A stretch of DNA of 56,120 nucleotides, the filler included, from Bipalium vagum (Eukaryota), in NCBI GenBank assembly GCA_037834085.1. It is 3 parts of 3 records of this genome, joined end to end, with 100 filler letters (N's around TTAATTAATTAA, not from the genome) between each part and the next. Parts side by side here need not be neighbours in the genome. Positions count along the whole stretch, not along the records: positions 36,072 to 56,120 come from JBBMKC010261434.1; 2 more parts are not named here. One strand, 5' to 3'. Below are positions 36,599 through 49,702 of the stretch, piece after piece. Below the pieces are notes generated by a model. That model did no database searches. It saw only the letters and a list, made by a program, of their open reading frames with translations, and was not told the origin of the DNA. The translations under genes were made by a program, and so were the position numbers. Numbering within the stretch: position 1 is the stretch's first letter; every line of letters starts with the position of its first letter.

Positions 36599-38417
36599 AG
36601 TTGTACAATGGAAATGAAGAATTTAAATTTTTTGTGGATCTTTACAAATCAAAAACTTCTCGCTTTTGTGATGGATGTGCATTTGCTTTTATGCCATCTG
36701 ACAAATATTTGGTATACACGACAGTTCTATCTGAAAACGTCGAAGCGAAATATTTTCATATTCGTGCTTTCTGTTTGGAGAAATATTTTTTGAAAGATCG
36801 CATAAAAAAAATCGAGTGCATTTTAAATCTGACACTCGATGTTAAATGTGAAGAAATTTTTAAATGTGGAATTTTGAAAATTGTAAGTATTGATTTTATT
36901 TCAATATTTTTTTCTTTTCTATGTTACATCTTTATATCTTCAAACATTCAGATTCAAAATTTTTTTTCTGTTTACCGTTTTCACTCATTAGTTGATGATT
37001 TATAAAATTTGATATATTAATAAATGTGAATTTCCTTATTTTCGATTTTTAATATTTATTTTTACTTTAAAAAAAATCAATACTTTTGTATTTTAATTAG
37101 AAATAATCGATTTTAAGAAAATGTAATTTACGGTTTTCATTTATTTGTAAATTTTAATCGATATTTAAATATTTGTAAATCTATAAAGTCATTATATAAT
37201 TGTATGTTTTGTTAATCAAACTTAATTATAGGATTTTTCATTGTTATATGTACATGCAACATTAATTGATTTTTATTTAACTTTCATTATGGCTGAAGAA
37301 TATATAAATCGTAAAAAAAGCACAATGATAACTCATGAATTGTATTCAATTATTATAAGAATGTTCATTAATGAAGCCACAAAAAATTTTTCTGATTGCA
37401 GAATCTATTGGTTTACATAGGAATACAATAACAAAAATATTAAATAATCAAAGAAATAGCATTGAATTCAAAACGCGCTCCGAAATGCAAAGGGGTTATA
37501 TTAAACAACGCTCATAATTTTTGAAGTCTGAAATTGAAATTTTTCAAAATTTTGTGTCATGCAATAATGAAACAAACCAGGCGGAAATTAAAGTAGAATT
37601 AGAAGAAGGCAATAACTTTATAAATAATAAAGATATATATTACAAATAAAAACCTTTCACTTCTACAAACTTCCAAAGTGACAAGTTTATTTATTCCATT
37701 TGAATAAAAATCATAATCTCTACGGAAATGTACTCCAAAAAGACATTTTTGACTGAGTCCGGTTCCCGAACCACTCTCGACTTTCTCTTAGGGGCTCATA
37801 TTCCCATTGCGAAAATTCTCGAACCAACTTTTAATGCTGCTTTCATTAATTATCTTTTTTTATTTTTAAGATGGTTATTTATTATTTTATTTACTTGAAA
37901 TGTGTTTCAACTGTTTTCTGGTAATGATTGATTCTTTGCGATTTAAATTGTACAGACAAAAACTGGTGTGGGAGAAAAAATCGTACACTTACCAGGCAAA
38001 ACAATTCAATCAGCTTCTGGTGCTTCTAATCAAAATCCTGAAGTCTCAAAGAATACGAAAAAACCTGGAGAGAAAAATATCGTCTTTAGTTGTAAAATTT
38101 TTTATTCTATAACTATTTCGTCAATACTGAAACGTTTTCCAGGTGAGCACCCGATCAGCGTTGAAGTCCATAACGAAAATAAACAGAAGCTATGTAGTCT
38201 TTGTAAATCAGATCTGGAAATCGGTACGTATTTTCTCAATGTAAAAAATCGGGGCTCGGGATATTCTGTGATACACATGAAGAAAAGTTGTGTCACGAAA
38301 ATGGGAATATCACGATCAGTATTGGAACAGTGGGCGTTGAAATGTAACGTCTATTTAACAGATGAAGCAAAAGATACGTTGAGTGATTGTGGGTTTAGAA
38401 GATTTCCTAAAGGTTAA
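36599..38417 (+). CDS. Two-exon gene (or young pseudogene) with two paralogous C-x2-C-x23/26-H-x4-C zinc-finger modules (PARP-type-finger-like); exons ~36599-36882 and 37956-38417
   Basis: ORF 36601 ends at ATT|GTAAGT (36883), phase 0. ORF 37968 is preceded in frame by TTGTACAG|ACA at 37956. Both carry CxxC..H-x4-C and a C-x3-LT-x3-K-x5/6-CG tail. The start is uncertain because the ATG at 36590 is out of frame by one base. Confidence 0.55.
37289..37850. mobile_element. Tc1/IS630-like HTH remnant (+) and mariner fragment (-) inside the zinc-finger gene intron
   Basis: Plus strand IAESIGLHRNTITKIL (HTH); minus strand SIKSWFENFRNGN. Confidence 0.5.
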
Positions 38418-39849
38418 ATAGCTTATAAACTGAAAATTTGTATCCATCTGTGAATTTATTACTCAAATTTAAAATCATTTGCATTGTTGCACTTTCATTG
38501 GTTAATTATGTTAAAATATTAATTGCTTCAAAACGAATTATAAATTATAATTATATATAAATTAATGGTTTTGTAAAATTAGAATTCCGTTCACCCAAAG
38601 AAGGTTTGTTCAAGTTTAAAATATGTTTTTCACGTTGATTAGTTTTATTAAAAAATCGTTTCTCGGTTAGAAGTTATTTTTGGTTTTCAATTGTTCATTA
38701 TGTTTTCCTGTCGTTTTAAAGATTCAAAAACTTCAAAATTCAAAATTTGAAAAATTAACCTTAAAAAGTACTTGTATTTTTCAATTTTTTAAAAGCTTTG
38801 TCTAACACAAATTTAAAATAAAAAATTTAAGTGGAGTTTTAAAATAATTTTAAAGTTTAGATAGAGAATTACATTTATTCTCTAGAGGATGGAAAAATTA
38901 GTTAAAATAAAAAATTTTAGTAATGCTGAATTTGAACAATTTGGTCGGTATAAAGTGGTGTTCAATTTAAGCAGATTTCACTATTATTATTACTGGGCGA
39001 AATTTGTGAAGCAATGGAAAAATTGTATTTAAAGAACAACATTTGATTTTCATGTGTCACTAGAAAATTTTTTAGAAAGAAATTAGCATTCATTGCGCTT
39101 TCTTAGCCATATTTATCCAAAAATATCAAGACAGTCTGTGTACTGAATCCTTTTGAAAATTCATCTATACATAAAATAGATTATCTAAAACTTTTTTATG
39201 AATTTAAAATTCTATTTTTGTATAAAAATATAGTAGAACTTGTTGATAAATATATCGAACTATAATTAGATTTTATGTAAGTGTTCATATTCCTGTAATT
39301 TATTGCGATTATGGTTTTGCGATTCTGCAGTTTAGGAGAGTTAAAAATTGTGAAAATATTTTTGTTTTTTATTCGGAATTTTATCTACTGAAAATAGTAA
39401 GTAGTTTATGTCGTATAACGTTATTCTTTAAAATGTTCTTTAAAAATGTTGTTTTATATATATAATTATATATTATAAATATAAATACTATCCTGTAAAA
39501 ATGTTAAATATTTTATTTTACTTACTATTTTGAGGGTATAAAATTACGGATAAAAATAGTTATTATTAAAATTTTTGACGCACCTAAACTGCAGGTTAAC
39601 GCTTGTGTCTAAAGCTGTTCGCGAATGAACGAATATAAGCAACTACAAATAACAATTTTTTTTAATTATAACAATTACAGCCATAATTTTAAATGTTAAA
39701 TGTATATACAAACAAAGAATAGTAGGAATCAATCAATATTCAAATTATATCAAAATGTTAATTACTAAATTGAATCAAATGTTTAATCAAAATGTCAGCA
39801 AAATTAAAGGTTAATTTTAAAAAGAAGTATAAAGAAAAATAATGATATC

Positions 39850-40400
39850 TACAGATTCTGAAAGTGCACGACCCATCATAAGCTTCTGACGCATAATTGA
39901 GGGCATAAATCACTTTCTATCGACGTAAGAATTCTACAAGAGCTCTGAGGCAGTCTACTTTGGATTAAAACTCGTACACTATTCTAATCAGCCGTAAACC
40001 AGCTTGATGAATGGGGAATGTTAATTTCCTTTTTAGATCTTTAATTCTAAATCAGTCCCTCTTTTCGAATCCTGATTCAATCTTTGCAATTTTGCCATTG
40101 TCAAGATTAGATCCTATTTGGAAAATACTAAATTACTTTTATTATCAATATCCCTTTAATTAGGTTTGTATTTTTTAATTAATTATAAAAATTACATTAT
40201 TATTATTATTTTACTTTTGACCCTCTTGCAGTCTTAATAATTAATTTATAATAATTATAAACTTTCTAAATCATTTTGCGGTCTTTAACAGATAATTTTA
40301 ACGGGGGTGTGCTCTTGGCTAACCCAACAAATTTTATAAATCAATAAGAAAACTATTGACAATATGAATTGACGTGTTTTTAGGCCGTAATCAGGATTTT
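39850..40400 (-). mobile_element. Second copy of the 10450-11100 repeat family (probable LTR retroelement leader/gag start)
   Basis: Same ordered blocks on the opposite strand. Confidence 0.45.
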
Positions 40401-41033
40401 TAAAATTGTTCACACTGCTTTCTTTTTAGAAGGGATTGAATAATGATAGTGTTGGTCAAGATTAATTGAAATTTTTATGATGAAAAATAAGAATTACAGT
40501 CGAAAACGTTTAACACTGCCATGTGATCGTTGGATAAATTATCTCCAATAATCATCTTACCTTTCATGACTAGAGCCTTATCTGACACAACGAGAAATTA
40601 AGCCAGGTTAATCGAATTAAAAATATGCAAGCTGCAAAAGTCAACATAAGCTGTGAAAGTTTTGTTTTCCAATCACAAAGATTTTCATCGATATAACCAG
40701 ATTTATCACAAATAGTTTTAAATATTATTTTTATACATTCAGTATTTATAGTAGAGTGAAAATGGTTAGTGCAGATCCCACCAAACCATAAATGACCAGC
40801 TATTCTCACTCTACTACAAAATTAGATCACTTATCACCATATAATCAATTACTGGGATCCACAGTAAAAATGGTAATAAATCAGTCAGATAAAATACAAA
40901 TTCCCAAGAAACAGATTCCAGAGATCCCTGATGAGCCTTAGGAGCCGATTGAGAGTGATGACAGTTCTGCGAAACTAGTGATCGATTATTTAAACGTTTG
41001 ATGTTTGAATTTGAATTTACAAAATATTTTATA

Positions 41034-41295
41034 CAGTTCAGTCTCGATCTAACGAATTTCAAGGGACCGATCAAATTACTTCGTTATATCAAAGTTTCGT
41101 TGAATCGAAGTATACATATTATGTAAATTTAAAATTCGTAAATTTAAATGTTTCATAAAATTTCGTTATATCAAAATTTGCTGTATCGAAGTTTAATTTG
41201 TATATATATGATATGCGGCCAACCATTTGTTTCACACAGGTTCGTTATATCGAGATCTTCGTTATATCGGAGCTTGTTATATCGAGGCTCAACTG
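41034..41295. mobile_element. 262-bp pogo/Tigger-type MITE
   Basis: TA TSD; TIRs CAGTTCAGTCTCGATCTAAC and GTTATATCGAGGCTCAACTG; repeated internal ttcgttatatc motifs. Confidence 0.85.
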
Positions 41296-41529
41296 TATTT
41301 GATTTTTATATACATAAAAATGCCTACTATCTTTATTTTTATACTCTGAATAAAGGATGTGATTTTATATTGTAAAAATAATATTTAAATAATTAATAAA
41401 ATTATAAATAATAATCTTTTTAAAAGTTGAATTAAATATATAAAAGTTGGAGTTAAATATTAATTAAAATATCTATCCACACGATTAAGCTGTATTATTA
41501 TAGAAATTAAATAATTTGCCATAAATAAA

Positions 41530-42200
41530 TGTTGTGGAAGTAGTAATTTAAAATATCTTCTTGATTTTACGATAGTCGAAGAAGTCCTGATGACAATATA
41601 GTAATTTCTATATTATATGAACTTACTTACCGCCCATACATAAATTTATATTTAGTAAGTTAGAATAAAGCCAATAAGAAGTTCTAGAATTTGGAAAACC
41701 GGAGTATATAAACTCATGGTTTTCACATTCAAAACGCCCTTAATCAATCTGAGAATTTGCTTACAGCTATTCGATGTAAAGATATTTTTAAGATGCAGGT
41801 AATAATAATAGACAAAGAATTTGTATTAATTCCAAAAGTGTTTAATCGATCGAATTAAACTTAAATAAATAATTAATTAACATTTATTTAGTGATAGAAG
41901 GAAATTATTCTAATCACTAACTTTTAAATTTTTTCTTTTTTATTGTTCTCTCGCTAATTCGATTCTGCTTCGCTCTAAACTATAGAATACACCTTTTGTC
42001 ATCATCATTTTACTTTCGTAAAATCAAAAGGATATTTTATTAATTAAATAATCGTTTGTATTTTGAATATTGTTTGATTGATTGAATAGATATTTTAACC
42101 TTGCATTTATGATAAAAAATATATCTTATTTTGTTAATCGCTTTGTTTATTCGTGAGTTTTTTATTATTTACATTTCCTTCGAAGGAGTTGATGATCCCA
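41530..42200 (+). mobile_element. LTR-like repeat (copy 1) followed by TTTCCTTCGAAGGAG
   Basis: Collinear blocks shared with 48189-48800 (ggagtata.aa.tc.tggtttt, attctgcttcgctcta, ttacatttcctt.gaaggagt); TG start and TTACA end. Confidence 0.6.
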
Positions 42201-42202
42201 GT

Positions 42203-43571
42203 TGTAAGCGCCCCTTGTCACAGTTTAGCTTGCGACCTAGACCATTACATATTTTTATTTTTGAATAAATAAATAAAACTGTAAATAAAATATATTTGGG
42301 ACAGTACTAGTTTCTAAAAAAATAAAAACGTAAATAAATTACTAAAAATAAAAAAATAATATACAAAATTAAAATAATATAAAAATTATATAAATAATAT
42401 ATAGACAGTAAATAATAATAATTATAGTCTTAATTAAAATAATATAAAAGTCAGAGAAAATTAAAAACCTGACACACAAAAACAACAACAAAATTTTTTT
42501 ATTATAAAAAAATCAAACGATAACCAAAATCTGATAACGTCAACGTCAAAGGATAGCAAGCAGGTTTCCAGACGCCAGCATTCTAAAAATATTTTATAAA
42601 CCAAAAGTAAAATAAAAGACAATAGAAGAAAGTGATAAAATAATAAGCAGGCAAAGATCAAAATTTTCGACTAAGAAACTGAAAAAAAAATCCAGCAAAT
42701 CAGAATAATAAACAGATCAAAATTTTCGATTAACAAGTGAAGTAAAAATCCAGTGAATCAGTATAACGAACAGTGAAAAATTTTATGCTACTAAAAGCAT
42801 TTTAAATCTTAGTTTTAATACTTTACTTTTTTAGTGTATCATTAATATATTATTAAACTTTTTAAGAATTAAAACAAAGTTCAAAGAATGTTAATTTAAT
42901 TTAAACCATTGATTTGTTATTATTATTAATACCACTTTTAATATATTATTTAACTTGTTTTAAACCTAAAACAAAGTTTATAGAGTATTAATATCCTTAT
43001 TATCGTTAATATATTATTAAGTTACTCACTTGTTTCATAATTGAAACAAAGTACCAATATTATTAACCTAGACACCATCACTAAACTTGTTTTGTGTCCA
43101 AAACAAAGTTTATTTCTAAAATATATTAAATAAATACTCGGGCCGGGACCTGAGGATCATATAATTTTTTGATTTCTGTTACTTTTTCTTTTTTGCTCTT
43201 AACTCACCGCAAAGTATGGCGGTGATTTAAATTGTTTTTCTTATTCGAGGACCTCTAAGCCTAAGAGCGAGAGGACTTTTTAACCCTAAAATAAAAAACC
43301 TAACCTAAAATCAAAACCTTTAGTTTAAATATCAATCGAGGACGATCATCAGAGATTTTTTTAAAACCCCTACTTTTAATAAAAGTATAATTTTTATAAT
43401 TTTGAATTTGATTTTATTATTTGCATTTTGATTCTATTTAAACCTTAATAATAAAAGCAACCTTCACATTTAAGTCTTAATAACCATTGGTTTTAGGGCC
43501 ACCTTTTATAAATTAGGAACTTAACAAAGGAAAATAAAACTTTTAAAAATATTATTTTAGACAAAGTTACA
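42203..43571. mobile_element. Probable LTR of another family inserted just behind LTR copy 1
   Basis: TGTAAG...GTTACA ends; internal ~60-bp tandem duplication (42655-42780); repeated aaacaaagtt; GC-rich hairpin tcaccgc..gcggtga. No TSD recognised. Confidence 0.35.
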
Positions 43572-43643
43572 GAACATGGAAACAAAAAATGATTATATTT
43601 TTAATATGAATTAATTACTCTTTATAACAATAAAATTTATATA

Positions 43644-44428
43644 CTGGTCGACATAATTATTTATACTTAGTGTTTCTTTAAGTGAATTTATCTCAATTAA
43701 GGAATTTGCTGTTGGTTCAATATTAAAAATATGTCTCTTGATATTTTCTAGGTACTGATATATATTTCTGAATATTTCTCAATATTTGTGGATATCCATG
43801 AAGATACTTTAAGGATTTTGTCAGCTTTATGTTTAGTGACTAATATGATACGTTGTGCTTCCTTTTGGTAATAGAAATCACATCGATGCAACCATCTGGA
43901 AACGGTTCGTGCGGAGACTGTTAAATTATTATTTCTAAGAATGGGATTGGCATTCACCTTAATACCATTTTCGTTTTCTTTTGATATATGCCTGTTGAAT
44001 TTCTTTTATTTATTTTGAATTTGGGACCTTGTTTCTTTTTGTACCAAACTTTTTGATAATTTATTAAATTTTGAATGGCAGACTTCGTTAATCCTAAAAT
44101 CTTTCCAATTTCTGTATATATCTTGTCATTTTTTCTTAATTCAATTGCCGTTCTCTTAATTTCTTTAGAATACATCTGTTTAAAGTTATAATTTTTGAAT
44201 TTAATTATCAAAACTATTCACGGTATAAATAATTATGTCCTCTAAATTTTTAGCATAAATTATAAATATTGCAAATTATATAAACAAAAGAATTATAATT
44301 AACTTATTTGAATATCCCTAACAAATAAATAGATCAAGTTATTATATTTCAGGTTTCGTATTCATTTTATAAAGGTAAACAATTAATTAACATTTTTTAA
44401 TCGTGGTACAAATAATTATGCCAAACAG
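43644..44428 (-). mobile_element. Internally deleted Tc1-like element
   Basis: TA-flanked TIRs CTGGTCGACATAATTATTTATAC and GTACAAATAATTATGCCAAACAG; paired HTH YTEIGKILGLTKSAIQNLI and VSARTVSRWL; catalytic domain missing. Confidence 0.75.
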
Positions 44429-45619
44429 TATATATCAATTGGTATTTCTTCTATTAAAGTATATCTCTACTTTAGGAAGCTTTGCTTCTTCATGTAAAAG
44501 TCCAACAAAATTGGCTATAGGCAAAGCCTCGATTCAATATTGGTGATAAAGTTTGAATTTTTAAATATAAAAATAAATTTGAAAAAGTTACACAATAAAA
44601 TGGACAGAGAAATTATTTATCATAAATAAAACTTATTTACAAATTCAATTGTTTATGGAATTATAGATTTAAATGAAGAAAAAATATTAGGTAGCATTTA
44701 TGAAAATGAGTTGCAACAATATTGGGAAGTAAGACTGAGTTTTGACAAATTATTTTTATAAAAACGTTATTTATATTAGTAATATCATATTTGTATTATT
44801 AACAATAAAAATTATATTTCATAATATCATCTAATAAATGTAATTCATAATTTTACTGTGATTTTTTAAAAAATTCTAATTTTTATAGTGTATAATTAAA
44901 AAATATATATTAAATATTTATAATTATAATTTTTTGAAAAGAATTTTTAATTTTTAAAGTCATCAAAGATGTATGGCATTTCATATTGATTTATTAAAAT
45001 GTAATGATAAAGAAATATTTTATGGTACACCTACAGTTGTAGAAAAAGAAGAATAAACAATACGATTGAAAAATTGTTATTATTTATTCATTAAAATTAA
45101 ATAATAAAGCAAAATTAAATCTTATTTCTAGAAAATATTGGTTATATTAATTTATGTTAATAATTTTAATTTAATAATAATTTATTATTTTTCAAACATT
45201 AAAATATTAAATTTTTTAACATTTAAAATTTTTTATTATTTCGCTAATAATAATAGTGATATAATAATAGTAATATAATAATAATATTATTATTATTTAA
45301 TTAATAAAATAAATTTTAATTTAAGATATATCTCATGTTAAGCAAATAAAATCTAATATTCAGTTTACATATTTATTCGCTTTTTCTGTGTTTTTGTATT
45401 AACTGTTACGTGTTAAAAGAATTATATGTAAATATCAATGATTTTCTGGGACCTAAGGTTTTCCTGTTAAGCATGTTTGACTGTATTTATGATGAAAGTA
45501 TAAGTAAATTTAATCTTTGAAAATCACAGATGATACTGTGAGGATTAAAATGTTTTAATAATTTAATTAGTTTAAATATTTATTATTTAAATTAATTAAT
45601 TTGTTTGAATAATTGTTAT

Positions 45620-47175
45620 ATTATATTCGAAGACAATGTCCTACTGTGAAGTGTAATCGATGTGGTTTACAGGGACACTTAGAGAGTGTTAGCTACCCAA
45701 ATATAGAAAGAAGACGAGACAACAGGAGGACACCACGGGTAGATAAAAACGTAAGATTCAATTATTCTCGTGATCACATGTATCTCAATACAATAGCTGA
45801 AGATAAAAGAGACCAAGACAGTGAAAGATACTTGACGAATGATAATGATGGTGAAATTTTCGATGACTACGAGATGTACTCAAAAGGGAGAGTTTATCTC
45901 CTATTATATTTCATAGAAAAGTAGAAGAAAGGAAAGAAGAAGAGAAGAGAATGAATGATAAAGTGTATAGATTTTTAAAGAAGGACAATATGAATTGTAC
46001 GAGTACTTTGAGCGGAATTAAGGAAGAGGTGAACTAGGTGAAGATAATGTCGATAGGTGAGTTGAAAAATGCAGATATAGTTTTCCATAAGATGCATGGA
46101 CGTCCAAGTATCACATTGAAGATACGAGATATAGAAATTGATTGTCTCCTGGACACAGGAGTGAGAATAAATGTGATGGGTGCAGATCTATTTCACAGAT
46201 TCCAAAATACGAAGATAGTTAAAAGTAATGAAAAATTAAGATGCGCGAGAGCAAGTTAGAATTGCTAGGAAAAGCTGAGTTAGAAGTGGAGATCGGTGAC
46301 AAAACGAGAACCATTACTTTCAGGATAGTAGATCACATCACGCCAAACTTAGTCGGAGGCTTGGAACTACAGCAACAATTTGAATTGGCTTTACAAATGT
46401 ACGTGTAGACAACCACACGAAATGGAAAATGATGTATGTAATGTTGAAGCAAAGTTTGGAAGAGTGATATCAGATGATGAAAGATTTCAAAAGGCCACAG
46501 AGATTTTGAATATATAAAATCACCAAAGGCTGTTAGAGATTATAAGGAGCAATAGTAATGTCTTTATGGCAGATAAATGGGATATTGGGTGTACGGACCT
46601 GTTGAAACATAAGATTGTGACGAAAGGAAATCCCATTAATGTGAAACCATGGAAACAACCGGTTCATTTGGAAAATAAAATAGACGAGGTTATTTCAAAC
46701 CTTTATAAAAATAAAATCATTAAAAGATCCAATTCTTCTTGGAATGTGCCGCTCATTTGTTTTTGGAAGAAGGAAAAGAAGGATATTCGACTCTGTTTAG
46801 ACTTCGGAAGATTGAACGCAATTACGGAGAGACAGGCTTTCCCAATGCTCAATGTAGAAGAAATGTTAGATAAACTCGGGGGAGCTCGGTATTATAGCTC
46901 TATTGATTTAGGACATGCATACTATCAGGTGGAATTGGAAGAAGAATCGAAGGAGAAGATAGCATTCTCAACAAAATCAGGCCAATATTGTTTTAACAGA
47001 ATGCCTTTCGGGATAGCAGCAGCGCTGGGTACCTTTCAAGAATTAATGACTAAGGTACTCAACAGAATGGAAGGTGCATGTGTATATCTGGACTACATAT
47101 TGGTGTACACCGAAAACATAGAGATGCATTACAAAATTTTAAATCATGTTTTAAGCAGCATTCGTGAAGCAGTTA
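45620..47175 (+). mobile_element. Ty3/Gypsy retrotransposon fragment (gag zinc knuckle, protease, partial RT), inactive
   Basis: CNRCGLQGH knuckle; LLDTG protease; RT motifs RLCLDFGRLN, SIDLGHAYYQ, RMPFG, YLDY (YxDD mutated); stops, frameshifts and truncation after RT. Confidence 0.93.
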
Positions 47176-48188
47176 ACGCCGAAGCACCGATATCGTCATT
47201 TAACTTCCAAAAATCAAATATGAACTTAAATTTATATTTCCAAGCCATCAAGAATTTTAAATCAAATAGAAATATTTAATTTTAGAATTAAATCCGATCA
47301 AGACTTTAATTTGACATTTTTTTAAAACCACATATAAACTACCTTATGTATGACTGTTTTTCACAATATCCTTTTATGAATGACTATTACCATTACAATC
47401 ATTTATCAATTTCTGCTTTTAATACTACAGCTATAAGCATGACCGGTTTTCCCCTTAATTTCTAAACCCTTCCGTTCCGAGATTACCTTTTTGGAATTAA
47501 GTCTGGTCGCTGGCTTAGTTTCACCTGTTTATTTCAGTCACACGCCAGTCAACGTTGCTGTGGAGTTGAAAACGTTACATGGAGATATTCTTACTTTCAC
47601 AATTAAAAATGAACGTGAACTTAGTTAAGAGAAATACACATTTAAATTACTAACTCTCTTTAAATATTTTTCATATTGACTTCAATGTTTTTGCACAATG
47701 TGTAATTTTAATTTTTAGAGTTCAAAATCTTTAATAATTAATACCTTATCCAGCAGCGTGCTAATATATCTCAATAGTAAAACTCTAAACTTTAACTGGA
47801 ATTTACTCAAGGATGGTGAATAAAGTGAAAAAATATAAAAAATAGTGCTAATTTTTTTCTCTTATAATAATAATAAATGTATTAACTTTTTCTTTTCAGC
47901 GAATTGATACTAGAATGATAAATATCTATAAAATGGAAATAAAATCTGTGACTCGTGTAGGGGCTTTCTATTAATCTCCCATTTCTCTGTTAAGAAAATG
48001 GAAAGGAAGAATCATTAATCACTTCTGCCATTAAAGGCAAGAGAAAATTAATTTTTCAGAGATAATCAACTTTTGATTTCGAGAACTGTTTTTGAATCGT
48101 TATTTTAAACTAATCTCCATTCTTTATAATTGTTATCGCGACAATAACTGAGATAAATTAAAAAATAGTCTGGGTATGTATCTTAGGT

Positions 48189-49700
48189 TGTGACAGGTTC
48201 CAATACATTTTTAAATGAGTGAATATTAATATGTGGGTAGATATATATATATAGTCAGTTCTATAATAAAAGAACTTTCCTTAAATAACAGTCACATAAT
48301 ACTCCATTAATAGAAAATGTTATTTTAAACCAATCAAGAGATCAGGAATGTGAAATTCAGGAGTATAAAAGTTCTTGGTTTTCGTATTCAATTCGCACTT
48401 AACTTCGTCTTAACAAGTTACAACCGGTAATAAAAAAATAAATAAAATACACTTTTCCTATTTTATAAATCAATCTCTTTTGAGTCAAGAAAATTAAATA
48501 AATAATAAATATTTTACGGATCCAGAGCAAATACTCTTTTTATTATATTTTCTACTTTCTGTTTCTTGTTCTATTTACTAATCAATTCTGCTTCGCTCTA
48601 GGCGACCGAATTCATATTTTTGACACCAGGGGCTCTTCAGTTATCATAAAACCAAGAAGACTTTAATTAATTAATATTATTGTGATCAGAGAGATTTATA
48701 TTTGTTTTCAAAAATATATTTCTCTAAAAAAATCCTGTCATTTTAGTTCGTATCTTAGAACACTCATTTGTTACATTTCCTTTGAAGGAGTCGGTGAGTC
48801 CAAATCTAACCTATTTATGTAGAATTTGCAGTTAATATTTTCGAGAATAAATCTCACATTAAACGTCGAAACAAACACTTACAAATACACAAACTCCACA
48901 GACAATTAGAAAAATAATTAACTTTTATTATATATTTAGTAAAAGAAAAATTTTTCTCAGTCAAAATATCGTAACAGGTTTAACGAAAAAATAAGCTAAC
49001 CCAACAAATCAGACACTAGAAATCGATTATTTACAACTATTATAACAATATCGAAGTCATTGAAGAACACACCAGCACCTTCAACCCTTCCACCAGTAAT
49101 TCGAGAAAATAAAATTGGCCTAAGTCAGTCAATAATAGAAAAAAAAGATCGGTTACAACACAAAATCCATCAAAAAATCTGAATCCCATTGCTAGAACCC
49201 CACTAATACTTCATGCATAAAAACAGATAAGTTAAAAAAATATCCCATACTTCCACAATTCTCGATTTAAATTAAGATTGAGATATAGAGTAGGAAAACA
49301 GTGGTTCAATGATTGCATGTTTGATAGATAGAAATTATGAATGAAATTATAAATACTTGGCTTTCGGAGGATTCTTCAAACCGGATGTGAGTAGTTAGAG
49401 AAACGCGTATTGATTATGTTTCGTAGATGAATCAAGGATAACATCATACTACAAACCTGAAATGGAATTTAATGTTAAAGTCTTTTATAAGACTATTATA
49501 AAAGCAATACCAAACTAACTGCCAATGAATTTAAAATTACCAATATTATGATAGATCTGGTCACGAAGAAGTTTATAATGGCTGTCATGCAACCCTGCAA
49601 AAAAAACGATAAATACGTTAACTACCTTCCGAAGGAATACTAAAAATTGGCAAAGAATGCTACAAGAATGAATTCATTGAATTCAATTTCATTCCCCAAA
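48189..49700 (+). mobile_element. LTR-like repeat (copy 2, 48189-48775) with leader and decayed gag-like region
   Basis: TGTGAC...GTTACA ends; homology to 41530-42200; followed by TTTCCTTTGAAGGAG and broken coding-like sequence up to the pogo insertion. Confidence 0.55.
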
Positions 49701-49702
49701 TA

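Noticed and set aside
41530-48775. One intact Gypsy element bounded by the two LTR-like repeats
   Set aside because: The repeats are strongly diverged, both are followed by the same downstream leader, there is no TSD, and RNase H/integrase are missing.
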